DNA of 64,000 nucleotides from Candidatus Undinarchaeales archaeon (lineage in GTDB: Archaea; SpSt-1190; JASMDC01), in the NCBI GenBank assembly GCA_030753015.1, contig JASMDC010000014.1, positions 16,440-80,439 on the forward strand. Direction: 5' to 3'. Shown here one piece after another: positions 9,675-18,934 of the stretch (its first letter is position 1; each line of letters starts with the position of its first letter). Below the pieces are notes generated by a model. The model did not search any database. It was not told the DNA's origin and saw only the letters and a program-made list of their open reading frames with translations. The position numbers and the translations under genes were made by a program.

Positions 9675-11246
9675 ATGAGCGTGCGGCGCGCGGTGTTCAT
9701 CGCGCTCTTCACCACGGGCGCTGCCGCGATGATCTATGAGATAGTGCTCCTGCGGGAACTGGCCATCGTGCTGGGCGCCACCGAGACGGCTGCGGGCATC
9801 ATCCTCTCCACCTTCATGGCGGGACTTGCCATCGGTAGCAAAGCGTTCGGTGGTTACTCGGAGCGTGTCGAGGACCCTACCGGCCTGTTCATCCGTATGG
9901 AGCTCGCGATCGCTGCCTGCGCCTTCTACCTCTTACCCATTGCACGGATGCTCCCGCAGGTCCATGACTGGACGGTCGAGCTGTTCATCGCAGTGATGGC
10001 CTTATTGCCGCCCACCATCCTCATGGGCGGTGAGCTGCCCGTGGCGGGACGATTGCTCGCCCAGGAGGACCGTCGGCGTGGCGAGGAGGAGCGGACGGGA
10101 GAATATATCGGCTACGCCTACTCGGCCGATACGCTTGGAGGTATCGTCGGCGCCGCTGCCACGGGACTGGTCCTCATCCCCTATCTCGGCGCCATCAAGA
10201 CTATGTTGCTGGGCGCGATGCTCAATGTGCTCTCCGGTGCTGTCCTTGCTGTGCGTCGGACGCTCCCCCGAGGGGAAGTGCCCGTTATGGCCGCACTCCC
10301 TCTCGCCATCCTGCTCATCGTGGGCCTGCAGGCGATGGATATAACCAGCATCGAGCTTCAGCTCGTCAATCGCATCTACGAGTACCGTGTCATCTATACC
10401 GAGCAGACCGTTTACCAGCGCATCGATATTATCAACCACACCGATTTCGGAAAGTCCCTCTTCCTCAACGGGCAGCTCCAGATGACCGTCGAGGACGAGC
10501 CCATGTACCATGAGAACCTAATACATCCGGCCATGGTGGCCCATCCGTTGCCACGGCGTGTGCTCATCATCGGCGGAGGCGACGGGGGCGCGCTCAGGGA
10601 GGTGCTCAAGCACGGTCCCGAGGAGGTCACCCTCGTCGAGCTCGACGAGCGAGTGGTGAGCGTCGCGCGTGATCTCCTCCCCGAGGTGAACCAGGGCGCT
10701 TTCGATGATCCCAGGGTCACCCTTGAGTTCAACGACGGGCGTTACGTGCTCAAGTCGGCGGTCGAAGCTGGAAGAACGTGGGACGTGATCATATGCGACC
10801 TCTCCGATCCTACGACCGGACCGGTGGCCATGCTCTACACCCGTGAGTTCTACCAGCTGGTGAAATCGGCGCTGGACGATGGCGGTGTGTTCATCACCCA
10901 GGCGACCTCGCCCTATTGGTATCCCGATGCATACGCGTCCATCACCCGCACGCTGGCCGACTCGTTCACAGTGGTCCATCCCATGGTAACATGGGTACCC
11001 ACCTTCGGGATGTGGGGGTACGTGGTTGCTTCGAACGGTCCTGATCCTGCGACCATGTCCACCGAAGAGATCATTTCGCGACTCCGGGAACGTGACATCA
11101 CTACAACTCATTACACAGCGCGCGCACATGCACGCCTCTTCATCCTCCCGGGATCGGTCGAGACGGCCCTTGCGAATCCCAAGGTACCTGTATCAACCGA
11201 CGACAATCCCTTCGTTCTCTATGCCATGCAAGAGGAGGACGATTAA
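9675..11246 (+). CDS. speE: Polyamine aminopropyltransferase (spermidine synthase) with N-terminal membrane domain
   Basis: About 7 TM helices, then LFLNGQLQ, YHENLIHP, VLIIGGGDGG, VELD, DVIICDLSDP, LYTREFY. Confidence 0.85.
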   Translation: MSVRRAVFIALFTTGAAAMIYEIVLLRELAIVLGATETAAGIILSTFMAGLAIGSKAFGGYSERVEDPTGLFIRMELAIAACAFYLLPIARMLPQVHDWTVELFIAVMALLPPTILMGGELPVAGRLLAQEDRRRGEEERTGEYIGYAYSADTLGGIVGAAATGLVLIPYLGAIKTMLLGAMLNVLSGAVLAVRRTLPRGEVPVMAALPLAILLIVGLQAMDITSIELQLVNRIYEYRVIYTEQTVYQRIDIINHTDFGKSLFLNGQLQMTVEDEPMYHENLIHPAMVAHPLPRRVLIIGGGDGGALREVLKHGPEEVTLVELDERVVSVARDLLPEVNQGAFDDPRVTLEFNDGRYVLKSAVEAGRTWDVIICDLSDPTTGPVAMLYTREFYQLVKSALDDGGVFITQATSPYWYPDAYASITRTLADSFTVVHPMVTWVPTFGMWGYVVASNGPDPATMSTEEIISRLRERDITTTHYTARAHARLFILPGSVETALANPKVPVSTDDNPFVLYAMQEEDD

Positions 11247-11347
11247 CGCTCATTATTCGATCCCGGGGCCCTTCCGGTCGTGGTACGGACGCCCAATACG
11301 ATCAGTACAATAGGTTTTTAAGCCACACCACCATAGGCTCTAACAGG

Positions 11348-11839
11348 ATGAGTGGGCACCTTATGCGTAGGAATCTCACCCTCGGCGATGGAGGTCAGTT
11401 CTCTCTTGAGTTCCTGCTCGCCCTCTCGGTCGGTGTCGTCATCCTCGGGTTCGCCGCGTTCCTCAACACCTACAACTGGCGCAACACGCGTACCAATCTC
11501 GACATCCGCGCGACCGAGTCCTTTGTCGACACGGTCGCTGCCAGGGTGTTCGAGGCCAAGGCCATGGGCAGTAACGCGTCGGTCCTTTCCATCCCCATGA
11601 GGGCGCCGGTTGCGGGCATTCGTATAACCAAGCGCGAGACCAATGATCCGGACATGACGGTGCTCAGGTTCCTCATAGAGGACCAGGAACGGTTCCCCTC
11701 CGGTGCGTTCATCGACAAGACCCTACTGTTGAACCCCGACCTCGTGCTTCCGGATAACACCACTCTGTTCAACCAGAACGACATCATACTTGTATGGAGC
11801 GACAGGCAGGGCCGTATTCGTGTGGGTGATTCGCGATGA
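11348..11839 (+). CDS. Pilin-like protein with class III signal peptide
   Basis: GG|QFSLEFLLALSVGVVILG: Q+1/E+5 prepilin pattern followed by a hydrophobic helix. Confidence 0.7.
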   Translation: MSGHLMRRNLTLGDGGQFSLEFLLALSVGVVILGFAAFLNTYNWRNTRTNLDIRATESFVDTVAARVFEAKAMGSNASVLSIPMRAPVAGIRITKRETNDPDMTVLRFLIEDQERFPSGAFIDKTLLLNPDLVLPDNTTLFNQNDIILVWSDRQGRIRVGDSR

Positions 11840-12645
11840 GGACCTCACGCAGGGGATCTGCGACTCAAGAGCTCCTCTTCATGGTCACGGTGTACATAAT
11901 CGCTGTCGGATCCCTGGGCTCCTTCATGTCCATGCAGCACCGGCAATACTCCGCCCATGCTGACTATGAGAGCGCTGCCGTCACTGGCCGGCAGCTTAAA
12001 ACGGCCATTGACCGTCTCTCGAGCCACAACGGCACGGTGAAGATGCACATACCGTGCAATCCGAACGAGACCGTCTCGATAGAGTCGGTCACTACGGGTA
12101 AGTTCATCATGATGATCGGTGAAGAGGAGATCACACGCTCCGTGCTCAGGGTCCACCCATCACCGAACAGCACCATCGACTTCCAGCAACATTTCGCCCT
12201 CATCAGGTTCGACCTTTCCAATGATATGGCCGCGCGTATGAAGGAAGTGACGTGCGCCATGGGGTTCCAGCCCAATCCGAATCCCCCTGGCGGTGGTGGC
12301 TGTACACAGTTCTTGGACAAGCTCTTGCATATCTTCCTTGAGGGTGAGCTCTACCGCTCCATCTACATATGTGAGGAACTGCACTGCAAGGCCGCAACGA
12401 CACTCACCATCCACGTCACTTCGGATGATAACGACGTGCTCAGGAACGACTTCAACAAGATCAAGTCCATCCTCGAGATGGAGGGCAAGGAGCTCCGCAT
12501 CACCGTGACGAACAAGCGCAACCAGGATATCATCCTGTCGAGCAATAAAGGCAGTCTTCAGGACATGTCGCTATCACCTACGACCTGCACGACGGCGAGG
12601 TTCCAGACCCTGTGCGTCAGCTCCTACGACGGGAGATGCCCATGA
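11836..12645 (+). CDS. Pilin-like protein with class III signal peptide
   Basis: MRTSRRG|SATQELLFMVTVYIIAV; ATGA overlap with the upstream gene. Confidence 0.6.
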   Translation: MRTSRRGSATQELLFMVTVYIIAVGSLGSFMSMQHRQYSAHADYESAAVTGRQLKTAIDRLSSHNGTVKMHIPCNPNETVSIESVTTGKFIMMIGEEEITRSVLRVHPSPNSTIDFQQHFALIRFDLSNDMAARMKEVTCAMGFQPNPNPPGGGGCTQFLDKLLHIFLEGELYRSIYICEELHCKAATTLTIHVTSDDNDVLRNDFNKIKSILEMEGKELRITVTNKRNQDIILSSNKGSLQDMSLSPTTCTTARFQTLCVSSYDGRCP

Positions 12646-13226
12646 TGCGGCGCAGGCTCGCTCTTGCCCGACGTGGGCAGGTCTTCGCCATGGATGGTCT
12701 GCTGGCGATAGTTATCATCCTGCTCCTCGTATCACTCATCCGCTCGGCCCGCACTCGTCTTGCCACCGAACGCTCCGAGTGGGCGGCCCGGTTCCAGCTG
12801 GAGAAGAACGCCAACGACCTCATCGACGCCCTGGTGCGAGAACCGGGTCAGCTCTTGAGCGGCGCTGTATGGGAATGCGTTCCACCGACATGTGCGGTCT
12901 CCACGATCAGACGCCCGGGTCTTGCCTACATCGATCCGGTCCGTAACCTTGAGAGACCATCAGTGCTCGATCAGCGCAAGGTCAATGCCTTCTTCACGGA
13001 CCATGTCACCGACTCTGAGGAGCTCATCAAGGACTTCGCACCTTATGTCCATATACAACTCGCACCGAACCGTGGAGCTGGTGGCCTCACCATCGAGATC
13101 GGGGACACTAACCGCACGACCAATCCCCGACTCGAGAAGGTGAGCATCACACGGGTAGTTGTAGTGCTCGAACCCGGGAGCGGTTCGCGGCGCACGGAGT
13201 TCCTGACGCTCACGTTGGCCCAGTGA
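12642..13226 (+). CDS. Pilin-like protein with class III signal peptide
   Basis: ARRG|QVFAMDGLLAIVIILLL; ATGA overlap; later DALVREPG..WE and PGLA segments as seen in archaeal minor-pilin-like proteins. Confidence 0.7.
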   Translation: MMRRRLALARRGQVFAMDGLLAIVIILLLVSLIRSARTRLATERSEWAARFQLEKNANDLIDALVREPGQLLSGAVWECVPPTCAVSTIRRPGLAYIDPVRNLERPSVLDQRKVNAFFTDHVTDSEELIKDFAPYVHIQLAPNRGAGGLTIEIGDTNRTTNPRLEKVSITRVVVVLEPGSGSRRTEFLTLTLAQ

Positions 13227-13227
13227 T

Positions 13228-13725
13228 TCAACCGCGCCGTGTCTTGACAAGGGCAACCTGGAAGCCAATGAATGCCAAGATTAGCACACCGATGAACACT
13301 GTCATCGATTCCTGCACGAACTTGAGCTTGAAACCCATATACACGAAGGTCAGCCCCCCGATCGCGAAACAGGATCCTGAGACCACCTCGAGCATCCGGC
13401 CGAGCTTCTCCTGTTCTCGCATCCCCCTGTAATAGGTCGCGAAGAGGTAGCATACTGCCGCGAGGAAGAAGAACTGTGACGACCAGTAGTAGGAGGTGAC
13501 AAGTTGGCCCAGAGTGTCGCGGGCCTTGTCGGCACCCTCGGAGAGCACGATGTACTCTGCCTTATAGGATACCATATTGACGCGGAATAGGATCGTGACC
13601 ATGAAGAACCCGACAACGAGGCATACTGAGAAGGTGAGCCGCTCGATCGAGCGAAGCCGGTCCTCCAAAGCGACCAGCATCTCGAGGATCTTGTCCTGCC
13701 GCTCGTCCGACGTCTTCCCAGGCAT
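13228..13725 (-). CDS. Hypothetical membrane protein (about 4 TM)
   Basis: Start moved to ATG 13725 (MPGKTSDERQ), divergent from the next gene across a shared CTTTATATT element; four hydrophobic segments. Confidence 0.6.
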   Translation of the reverse strand: MPGKTSDERQDKILEMLVALEDRLRSIERLTFSVCLVVGFFMVTILFRVNMVSYKAEYIVLSEGADKARDTLGQLVTSYYWSSQFFFLAAVCYLFATYYRGMREQEKLGRMLEVVSGSCFAIGGLTFVYMGFKLKFVQESMTVFIGVLILAFIGFQVALVKTRRG

Positions 13726-13777
13726 GGCCTTGGCAGGTCCAACAAGCTTTATATTGATTCGCGGCATGCTCTCGACC

Positions 13778-14608
13778 ATGGGGTATCGGCGTATTCTGTT
13801 GGTCGCGGCGACCGTGCTCCTTCTTCTCGCTTCTGCCGCATGCGAGGTCACTGACGTGACGCTCACCTGTTCGATAGAGGGCGATACTTCTCGATGCGTA
13901 CTCACGGGAGGGCGGACGCTCGAGCCCCACTTCGGTATCTTGCAGCGTGCACAGGAGCACTCCTTTGAGGGTGAAGACCTTCGATACACCGTTGATAACA
14001 TCTTCCCCCTGGAGGGGCACGCGCTCCTGGTCGATATATTCGAACCTACCTGTATCCTGCGTGACCTTTCGATCACTTATGACCTCGGCTCTTACGAGGT
14101 GGTCATCGACAACAGCTCGATACGCTCTCTCCCCCTCCCCCCGGATCTGAGGGTCCTCGAAGGCAAGGTCGAGCTCAAACGGACCATCCATGACGGTACG
14201 CTCACTATCGTGGTCCCCCTTCGGCGACGACAGGGCCGTGTGCTCTCGTCCTTGTTCGATATCTTTCTCGCGCTATATGCTGCAGCAATTATCATCATCA
14301 TACTGGTCTTCTCCAGGTCCATCGAGAAGCAGCGTGAAAAAGAGACAACTCCGCGCACGACCCGCGAGGACTTCTCATATCTTCTTGCGATGCTTACCAA
14401 GGACGAGGAGATGGTGCTCGATACACTGCTTGGGAGCGAGGGTATGACACAGCGTGAGGTGAGACGCACGACCGGCTTCTCCGCACCCAAGTTGACCCGC
14501 ATCCTCGCAGGGCTCGAGGGACGCAGCATCATCCGTCGAGAACCCGTCGGAAGGACCAAGAAGGTCTACCTATCCGGCGAGGTGAAGTACCAGAAACGAG
14601 GGATGTAG
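13778..14608 (+). CDS. Membrane-anchored protein with C-terminal winged HTH
   Basis: Signal peptide, extracellular domain, TM, then LTKDEEMVLDTL...GMTQREVRRTTGFSAPKLTRILAGLEGRSIIRREPVGRTKKVYL. Confidence 0.75.
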   Translation: MGYRRILLVAATVLLLLASAACEVTDVTLTCSIEGDTSRCVLTGGRTLEPHFGILQRAQEHSFEGEDLRYTVDNIFPLEGHALLVDIFEPTCILRDLSITYDLGSYEVVIDNSSIRSLPLPPDLRVLEGKVELKRTIHDGTLTIVVPLRRRQGRVLSSLFDIFLALYAAAIIIIILVFSRSIEKQREKETTPRTTREDFSYLLAMLTKDEEMVLDTLLGSEGMTQREVRRTTGFSAPKLTRILAGLEGRSIIRREPVGRTKKVYLSGEVKYQKRGM

Positions 14609-14666
14609 TGTAAATTTGGGTTATTGAGCCCGAGGGGTTCTAGCCCTGTGGTGCCTGCTCCTGTTG

Positions 14667-15695
14667 CTATTGAGGAGCATACCCTTGCTCTGGCGCCTGT
14701 TTCCGATCTGGTTCCGACGGCCCTACGCCGTCCGCTTTATTCCCGACCTCTCCGGCCGCGACATCGGCGATGAGGTTCTTGAAGCTGTCCTCGGATTTCG
14801 TTGCGGTCTTCATTTCCGCCCCTTCATTGAGCCCGGACGTGTACTTGTACTCGCCGCTGTACGCGATGCAGTTCTTGCAGCAGTAGTTCGTACCGTCGTT
14901 GATGAAGCAAACCGAACACACCTTCGACTTGCACTGTGGGCACTCGAAGAGATCTTCCTTCTCCTCGTTGCACACAGCACATATATCGGCCTTCTTCCTC
15001 TTGATGATCCCCATCTTGTAGAGAACGATGACGATAGCCAGAACGATAACGATAAAACCGATCGCGAACTGGGTCTGTGATGGATACCATGGGGGGGTCA
15101 TCGTTTCGATCATCTCGGACGTGAGCCCGTAGTGAGCCTCCACGCGGATGAGAAGAATAGCAAGGGCGCTTTCTTCGACGGCGAGCACGACCTGGTTATC
15201 TCCGACCTGGAGAGAACAGTCACCTCCAGTGACGTTGAAAACGTGCCAGTCCTCATCAAGGACAACACATTCATCGTGGGTGATCATTCCGCAATGCATC
15301 TCGATAATGCCCATGTCACAGCAGGACGCGGGATCCGTGTGATCGGTGCAGAATGAGACCTTTATCGATGTGCTGTCAAGCACGCCCTTTTCCCTGTCCG
15401 CTTCGACCGTGGTCCATATCTTGAGCCCGTCCACCTTCACGATCTCGGGAGTGCTCATGGTCAGGACTATCGGTGCTGAGCCATCCGCAGGGATGAACGC
15501 GGCAGCTTCCTTCGAATTGGCACTGCATATAGGTACGGATCCGGGCTGAGAGGGACATCGCATCAGGTTATCGATGAGATTATCGACCCCTCTAGCCACG
15601 ACGTAGTCTGCGGCACCCAGCGCTATCGAGAGAAGTAGTACTGCGACAATTACCCGCACTCCAGACCTTTCTCTCGATTTCATCAGGTCACTCAC
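14667..15695 (-). CDS. Membrane protein with cytoplasmic 8-Cys zinc-finger-like domain
   Basis: Signal/TM, Cys-containing ectodomain, TM (FAIGFIVIVLAIVIVLY), then CAVC-x9-CPQC-x4-CSVC-x8-CCKNC. Confidence 0.7.
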   Translation of the reverse strand: MSDLMKSRERSGVRVIVAVLLLSIALGAADYVVARGVDNLIDNLMRCPSQPGSVPICSANSKEAAAFIPADGSAPIVLTMSTPEIVKVDGLKIWTTVEADREKGVLDSTSIKVSFCTDHTDPASCCDMGIIEMHCGMITHDECVVLDEDWHVFNVTGGDCSLQVGDNQVVLAVEESALAILLIRVEAHYGLTSEMIETMTPPWYPSQTQFAIGFIVIVLAIVIVLYKMGIIKRKKADICAVCNEEKEDLFECPQCKSKVCSVCFINDGTNYCCKNCIAYSGEYKYTSGLNEGAEMKTATKSEDSFKNLIADVAAGEVGNKADGVGPSEPDRKQAPEQGYAPQ

Positions 15696-15795
15696 CGCGT
15701 GCGCTGCCGCTGCGCTCTGCCAAATCAGAACGCTTTCTGTTTTATAAAACTGAGCCGGGAGCGGACTATTCTCATTCTATAGGTCAGATCACAGA

Positions 15796-16449
15796 TCAGA
15801 CATCCCCGGTGCTCATCCTAGGTTCAGGTCCTACCCACGCCACCCGTTCCACCCACGTCACCCACATGAGGAAGAGCACGAGTATGAGCCCCTCCCGCCA
15901 GAGGAAGGTATGCCATAGGTCGAACCACTCGGTCCCCCACCGGTGCACGATCCATGCAAGAGAGGAGAGCCGGACGATGTTCACCAGATAGATAACGGGG
16001 TATCCGATAGCGATCCCAAGGAGCCTACGGTGCAAGCTGGTCCCGGGAAGGGCGAACACCAGGGCGGTGAATGCCATGATCGACCGCCATCCAGTGCATG
16101 CTTCCACGATCTCGATGTACGTAACCAGGGGTTCTGCGGGGACGTGGAGGAGTATGCCCGCGGTGCAGGGCCCACACATGGTGATGTTCCCTCCGGCCAT
16201 GCAGAAGTCCGTGCATCCCTGAACGAGCGTGGTCTCGCCACCGACGACCCGGGCGACGAACGCTGTGTGGGAAGCGACCACTCGCTGGAGCGGTAGCAGG
16301 CCCACACCCGTGTCCAGTAGAAGGTAGAACGGGAGCGATAACGCGATGAACCGTAGCATGAAGAAGAGCACAAGGAGAAGCCGTCGGTCCGTATCCGTCG
16401 CCGGTTTGCCACCGAGACGCTCGAACGGCCTCACGAGCGGGTTCTCCAT
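15796..16449 (-). CDS. Archaeosortase/exosortase family protein
   Basis: Multi-TM; IEIVEACTGWRS (catalytic Cys), VNIVRL (Arg), WHTFLW (His). Start set at ATG 16449. Confidence 0.8.
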   Translation of the reverse strand: MENPLVRPFERLGGKPATDTDRRLLLVLFFMLRFIALSLPFYLLLDTGVGLLPLQRVVASHTAFVARVVGGETTLVQGCTDFCMAGGNITMCGPCTAGILLHVPAEPLVTYIEIVEACTGWRSIMAFTALVFALPGTSLHRRLLGIAIGYPVIYLVNIVRLSSLAWIVHRWGTEWFDLWHTFLWREGLILVLFLMWVTWVERVAWVGPEPRMSTGDV

Positions 16450-16540
16450 TGTTGACAGTGTGTCGGAGAATACATAAAAGCATGATGGCGCGGGGCCGCC
16501 CTCGATAACCTTAATAGGTTTAGGTGGCAGGTGTCGCACC

Positions 16541-17977
16541 ATGGCCTGGGATGGTGCCCTTGAGCAGGTTTCTGACGTTATATGGGAGATCCCCAGCGAC
16601 CATGACATGAGGGTGCCGGTCCGTGTGTACGGGAGCAAGAGGATCGTCACCACCATGCGACGGGACAAGACCTTTGAGCAGGCGACGAACGTGGCCAAGC
16701 TACCAGGGATCATCTCCCGGTCATTCGTCATGCCCGACGGCCATCAGGGTTATGGATTCCCTATAGGCGGGGTCGCCGCCTTCTCGCTCGAGGACGGCGT
16801 GGTCTCGCCCGGCGGCGTGGGATACGACATCAACTGTGGTGTCCGTCTCCTGACAACGCCGTTGACCGGTGAAGAGATCCGACCTCGAATCAAGGAGCTC
16901 CTTCCGACGCTCTTCAGGAACATCCCCTCCGGAGTTGGTAGCAAGGGCCGGTTGCGCGTTGGCGGACGTCAACTCGAGGAGGTCATGGAGCAGGGTGCAC
17001 GCTGGGCCGTGGACAACGGTTACGGTACAACGGCCGACCTTGAGCACATGGAGGAGAGCGGATGCATCGCGGGCGCTGATCCGAGCAGGATCGATGTACG
17101 GGCCCGGAAGCGCGGGGTACCCCAGTTGGGGACGCTGGGTGCCGGTAACCACTTCCTTGAGGTGCAGGAGGTTGCGGAAGTGTACGACGAGCATGCTGCC
17201 AAGGCCTTCGGCGTGGAGGAGGGGCAAGCGATGGTCATGCTCCATTGCGGCTCCCGCGGATTCGGCCACCAGGTGTGCAGTGACTATGTGAAGATAATGC
17301 TCGCTGCGTCGCGAGCATATGGGATCACGCTCCCCGACAAAGAGCTGGCTTGCGCTCCACTTGGAAGCCGTGAGGCCGATAACTATCTGGCCGCGATGTT
17401 CTGTGCTGTCAACTATGCGTTCTGCAACAGGCAGGTCATGACGCACTGGGTGAGGGAGAGCTTCAAGCAGGTGCTCGGAGGAGATCCTGATCTGCGCCTT
17501 GTGTACGACGTGTGTCACAATATCGCCAAGCTGGAAGAGCACGATGTGGATGGCAAGCGGTCAATGGTGTGCGTTCACAGGAAGGGTGCGACCCGAGCCT
17601 TCGGTCCAGGACGTAGTGAGGTCCCTGCCGACTATCGGGACGTGGGTCAGCCGGTGATCATTCCTGGTGACATGGGCACGGAGTCCTATCTCCTCGCAGG
17701 CACGGAAAAAGCCATGAGTGAATGCTTCGGTTCCACCTGCCACGGAGCGGGTAGGGTAATGAGTCGCCACCAGGCAGTTCGCGAGTTCGGAGGGAATGCG
17801 CTGAAACAAGAACTGTCCGACAGGGGTATCGCTGTAATGGCCACGAATCCGAAGATCCTTGCCGAGGAGGCCCCGGGCGCCTACAAGAACGTGTCGGCCG
17901 TGGTCGACTCAGTCCAAGTTGCAGGTCTGGCCCGTAAGGTTGCTCGTATGGTACCACTGGCCGTCGCGAAGGGATAA
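16541..17977 (+). CDS. rtcB: RNA-splicing ligase RtcB
   Basis: MPDGHQGYGFPIGGV, GVGYDINCGVRL, GAGNHFLE, HCGSRGFGHQ, HNIAK, HRKGATRAF, HGAGR, EEAPGAYK. Confidence 0.97.
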   Translation: MAWDGALEQVSDVIWEIPSDHDMRVPVRVYGSKRIVTTMRRDKTFEQATNVAKLPGIISRSFVMPDGHQGYGFPIGGVAAFSLEDGVVSPGGVGYDINCGVRLLTTPLTGEEIRPRIKELLPTLFRNIPSGVGSKGRLRVGGRQLEEVMEQGARWAVDNGYGTTADLEHMEESGCIAGADPSRIDVRARKRGVPQLGTLGAGNHFLEVQEVAEVYDEHAAKAFGVEEGQAMVMLHCGSRGFGHQVCSDYVKIMLAASRAYGITLPDKELACAPLGSREADNYLAAMFCAVNYAFCNRQVMTHWVRESFKQVLGGDPDLRLVYDVCHNIAKLEEHDVDGKRSMVCVHRKGATRAFGPGRSEVPADYRDVGQPVIIPGDMGTESYLLAGTEKAMSECFGSTCHGAGRVMSRHQAVREFGGNALKQELSDRGIAVMATNPKILAEEAPGAYKNVSAVVDSVQVAGLARKVARMVPLAVAKG

Positions 17978-18765
17978 TGGCCATGGCACCCATTACCGGC
18001 CTCATCGTGGACATCGACGGTGTTGTCTACCGCGGCAGCACACCGTTGCCTGGCGCCATTGACGCGATCAACGCGCTCTCGGAACGGCTCAAGGTCCTTT
18101 TCCTTACCAACAACTCGACACGTTCACGGGCCCAGTACCGTGAGAGGCTCTCATCCATGGGCATTGACATGGAGCGCTGTTCTGTACTCAACTCGTCACG
18201 GGCAACAGCACTGCACCTTTCCCGCTCCGGTATACACAGTACCCTAGTCATCGGGGAGAGTGGTCTTGTGGACGAGCTCGTGCTCGAGGGGATCCAGATC
18301 GTTGACCGCAATGCAGAGGCCGTTGTCGTCGGTCTTGACCGATCGTTCTCCTACGAGAAGATGGCAGCAGGCCTCAGGGAGGTCCTGGGAGGTGCCACGT
18401 TCGTGGCAACGAATCCGGATCCCACAATCCCTGATGAGGAAGGCCTCCTCCCCGGCAACGGGGCCCAGGTCGCTGCCCTACAGCGTGCGTCCGGCGTGGA
18501 GCCGCTGGTTGTGGGAAAACCCGAGCACATCATCATGGACATCGCCCTGGACGAATTGGGTACATCTCCCGAGCACATCCTCACGATCGGTGATAGGTTG
18601 GACACCGACATACTCGCAGGTATACGTGCAGGCACCAAGACATGTCTGGTGCTCACGGGTGCCACGGGGAGGGACGATCTGAAAGAGACGGACATCCGCC
18701 CCGACCACGTCCTTGAGAGCATCGCTGACCTACCTGCGCTCCTCGACTCCCTCGAACGCCAGTGA
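17977..18765 (+). CDS. HAD-superfamily hydrolase, subfamily IIA (NagD-like)
   Basis: DIDGVVY, FLTNNS, ATNPD, GKP, IGDRLDTDI, VLTG. Confidence 0.92.
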   Translation: MAMAPITGLIVDIDGVVYRGSTPLPGAIDAINALSERLKVLFLTNNSTRSRAQYRERLSSMGIDMERCSVLNSSRATALHLSRSGIHSTLVIGESGLVDELVLEGIQIVDRNAEAVVVGLDRSFSYEKMAAGLREVLGGATFVATNPDPTIPDEEGLLPGNGAQVAALQRASGVEPLVVGKPEHIIMDIALDELGTSPEHILTIGDRLDTDILAGIRAGTKTCLVLTGATGRDDLKETDIRPDHVLESIADLPALLDSLERQ

Positions 18766-18819
18766 CACGGCGTTAGCGTAAAACCTTTAAGGCTGCGGCG
18801 AGATACAAAGTGGTGGTGG

Positions 18820-18934
18820 CGTCGTGACCTGGCGCGGCGTGCCTCCATGTGAGCCGTTCATGTAACTCCCGGCGCACAGAGTGAACCTACGGGCTCCGTG
18901 AGACACAAGTCAGGGAAAATGGGGGGTCACGATG
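18820..18934 (+). ncRNA. Candidate structured 5' leader / cis-regulatory RNA
   Basis: CGTCGTGACCT (18820-18830) can pair with GGGTCACGATG (18924-18934); nested GAGCC/GGCTC, GTTCA/TGAAC and CTC/GAG stems; TTTAAG TATA at about 18786. Confidence 0.35.
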
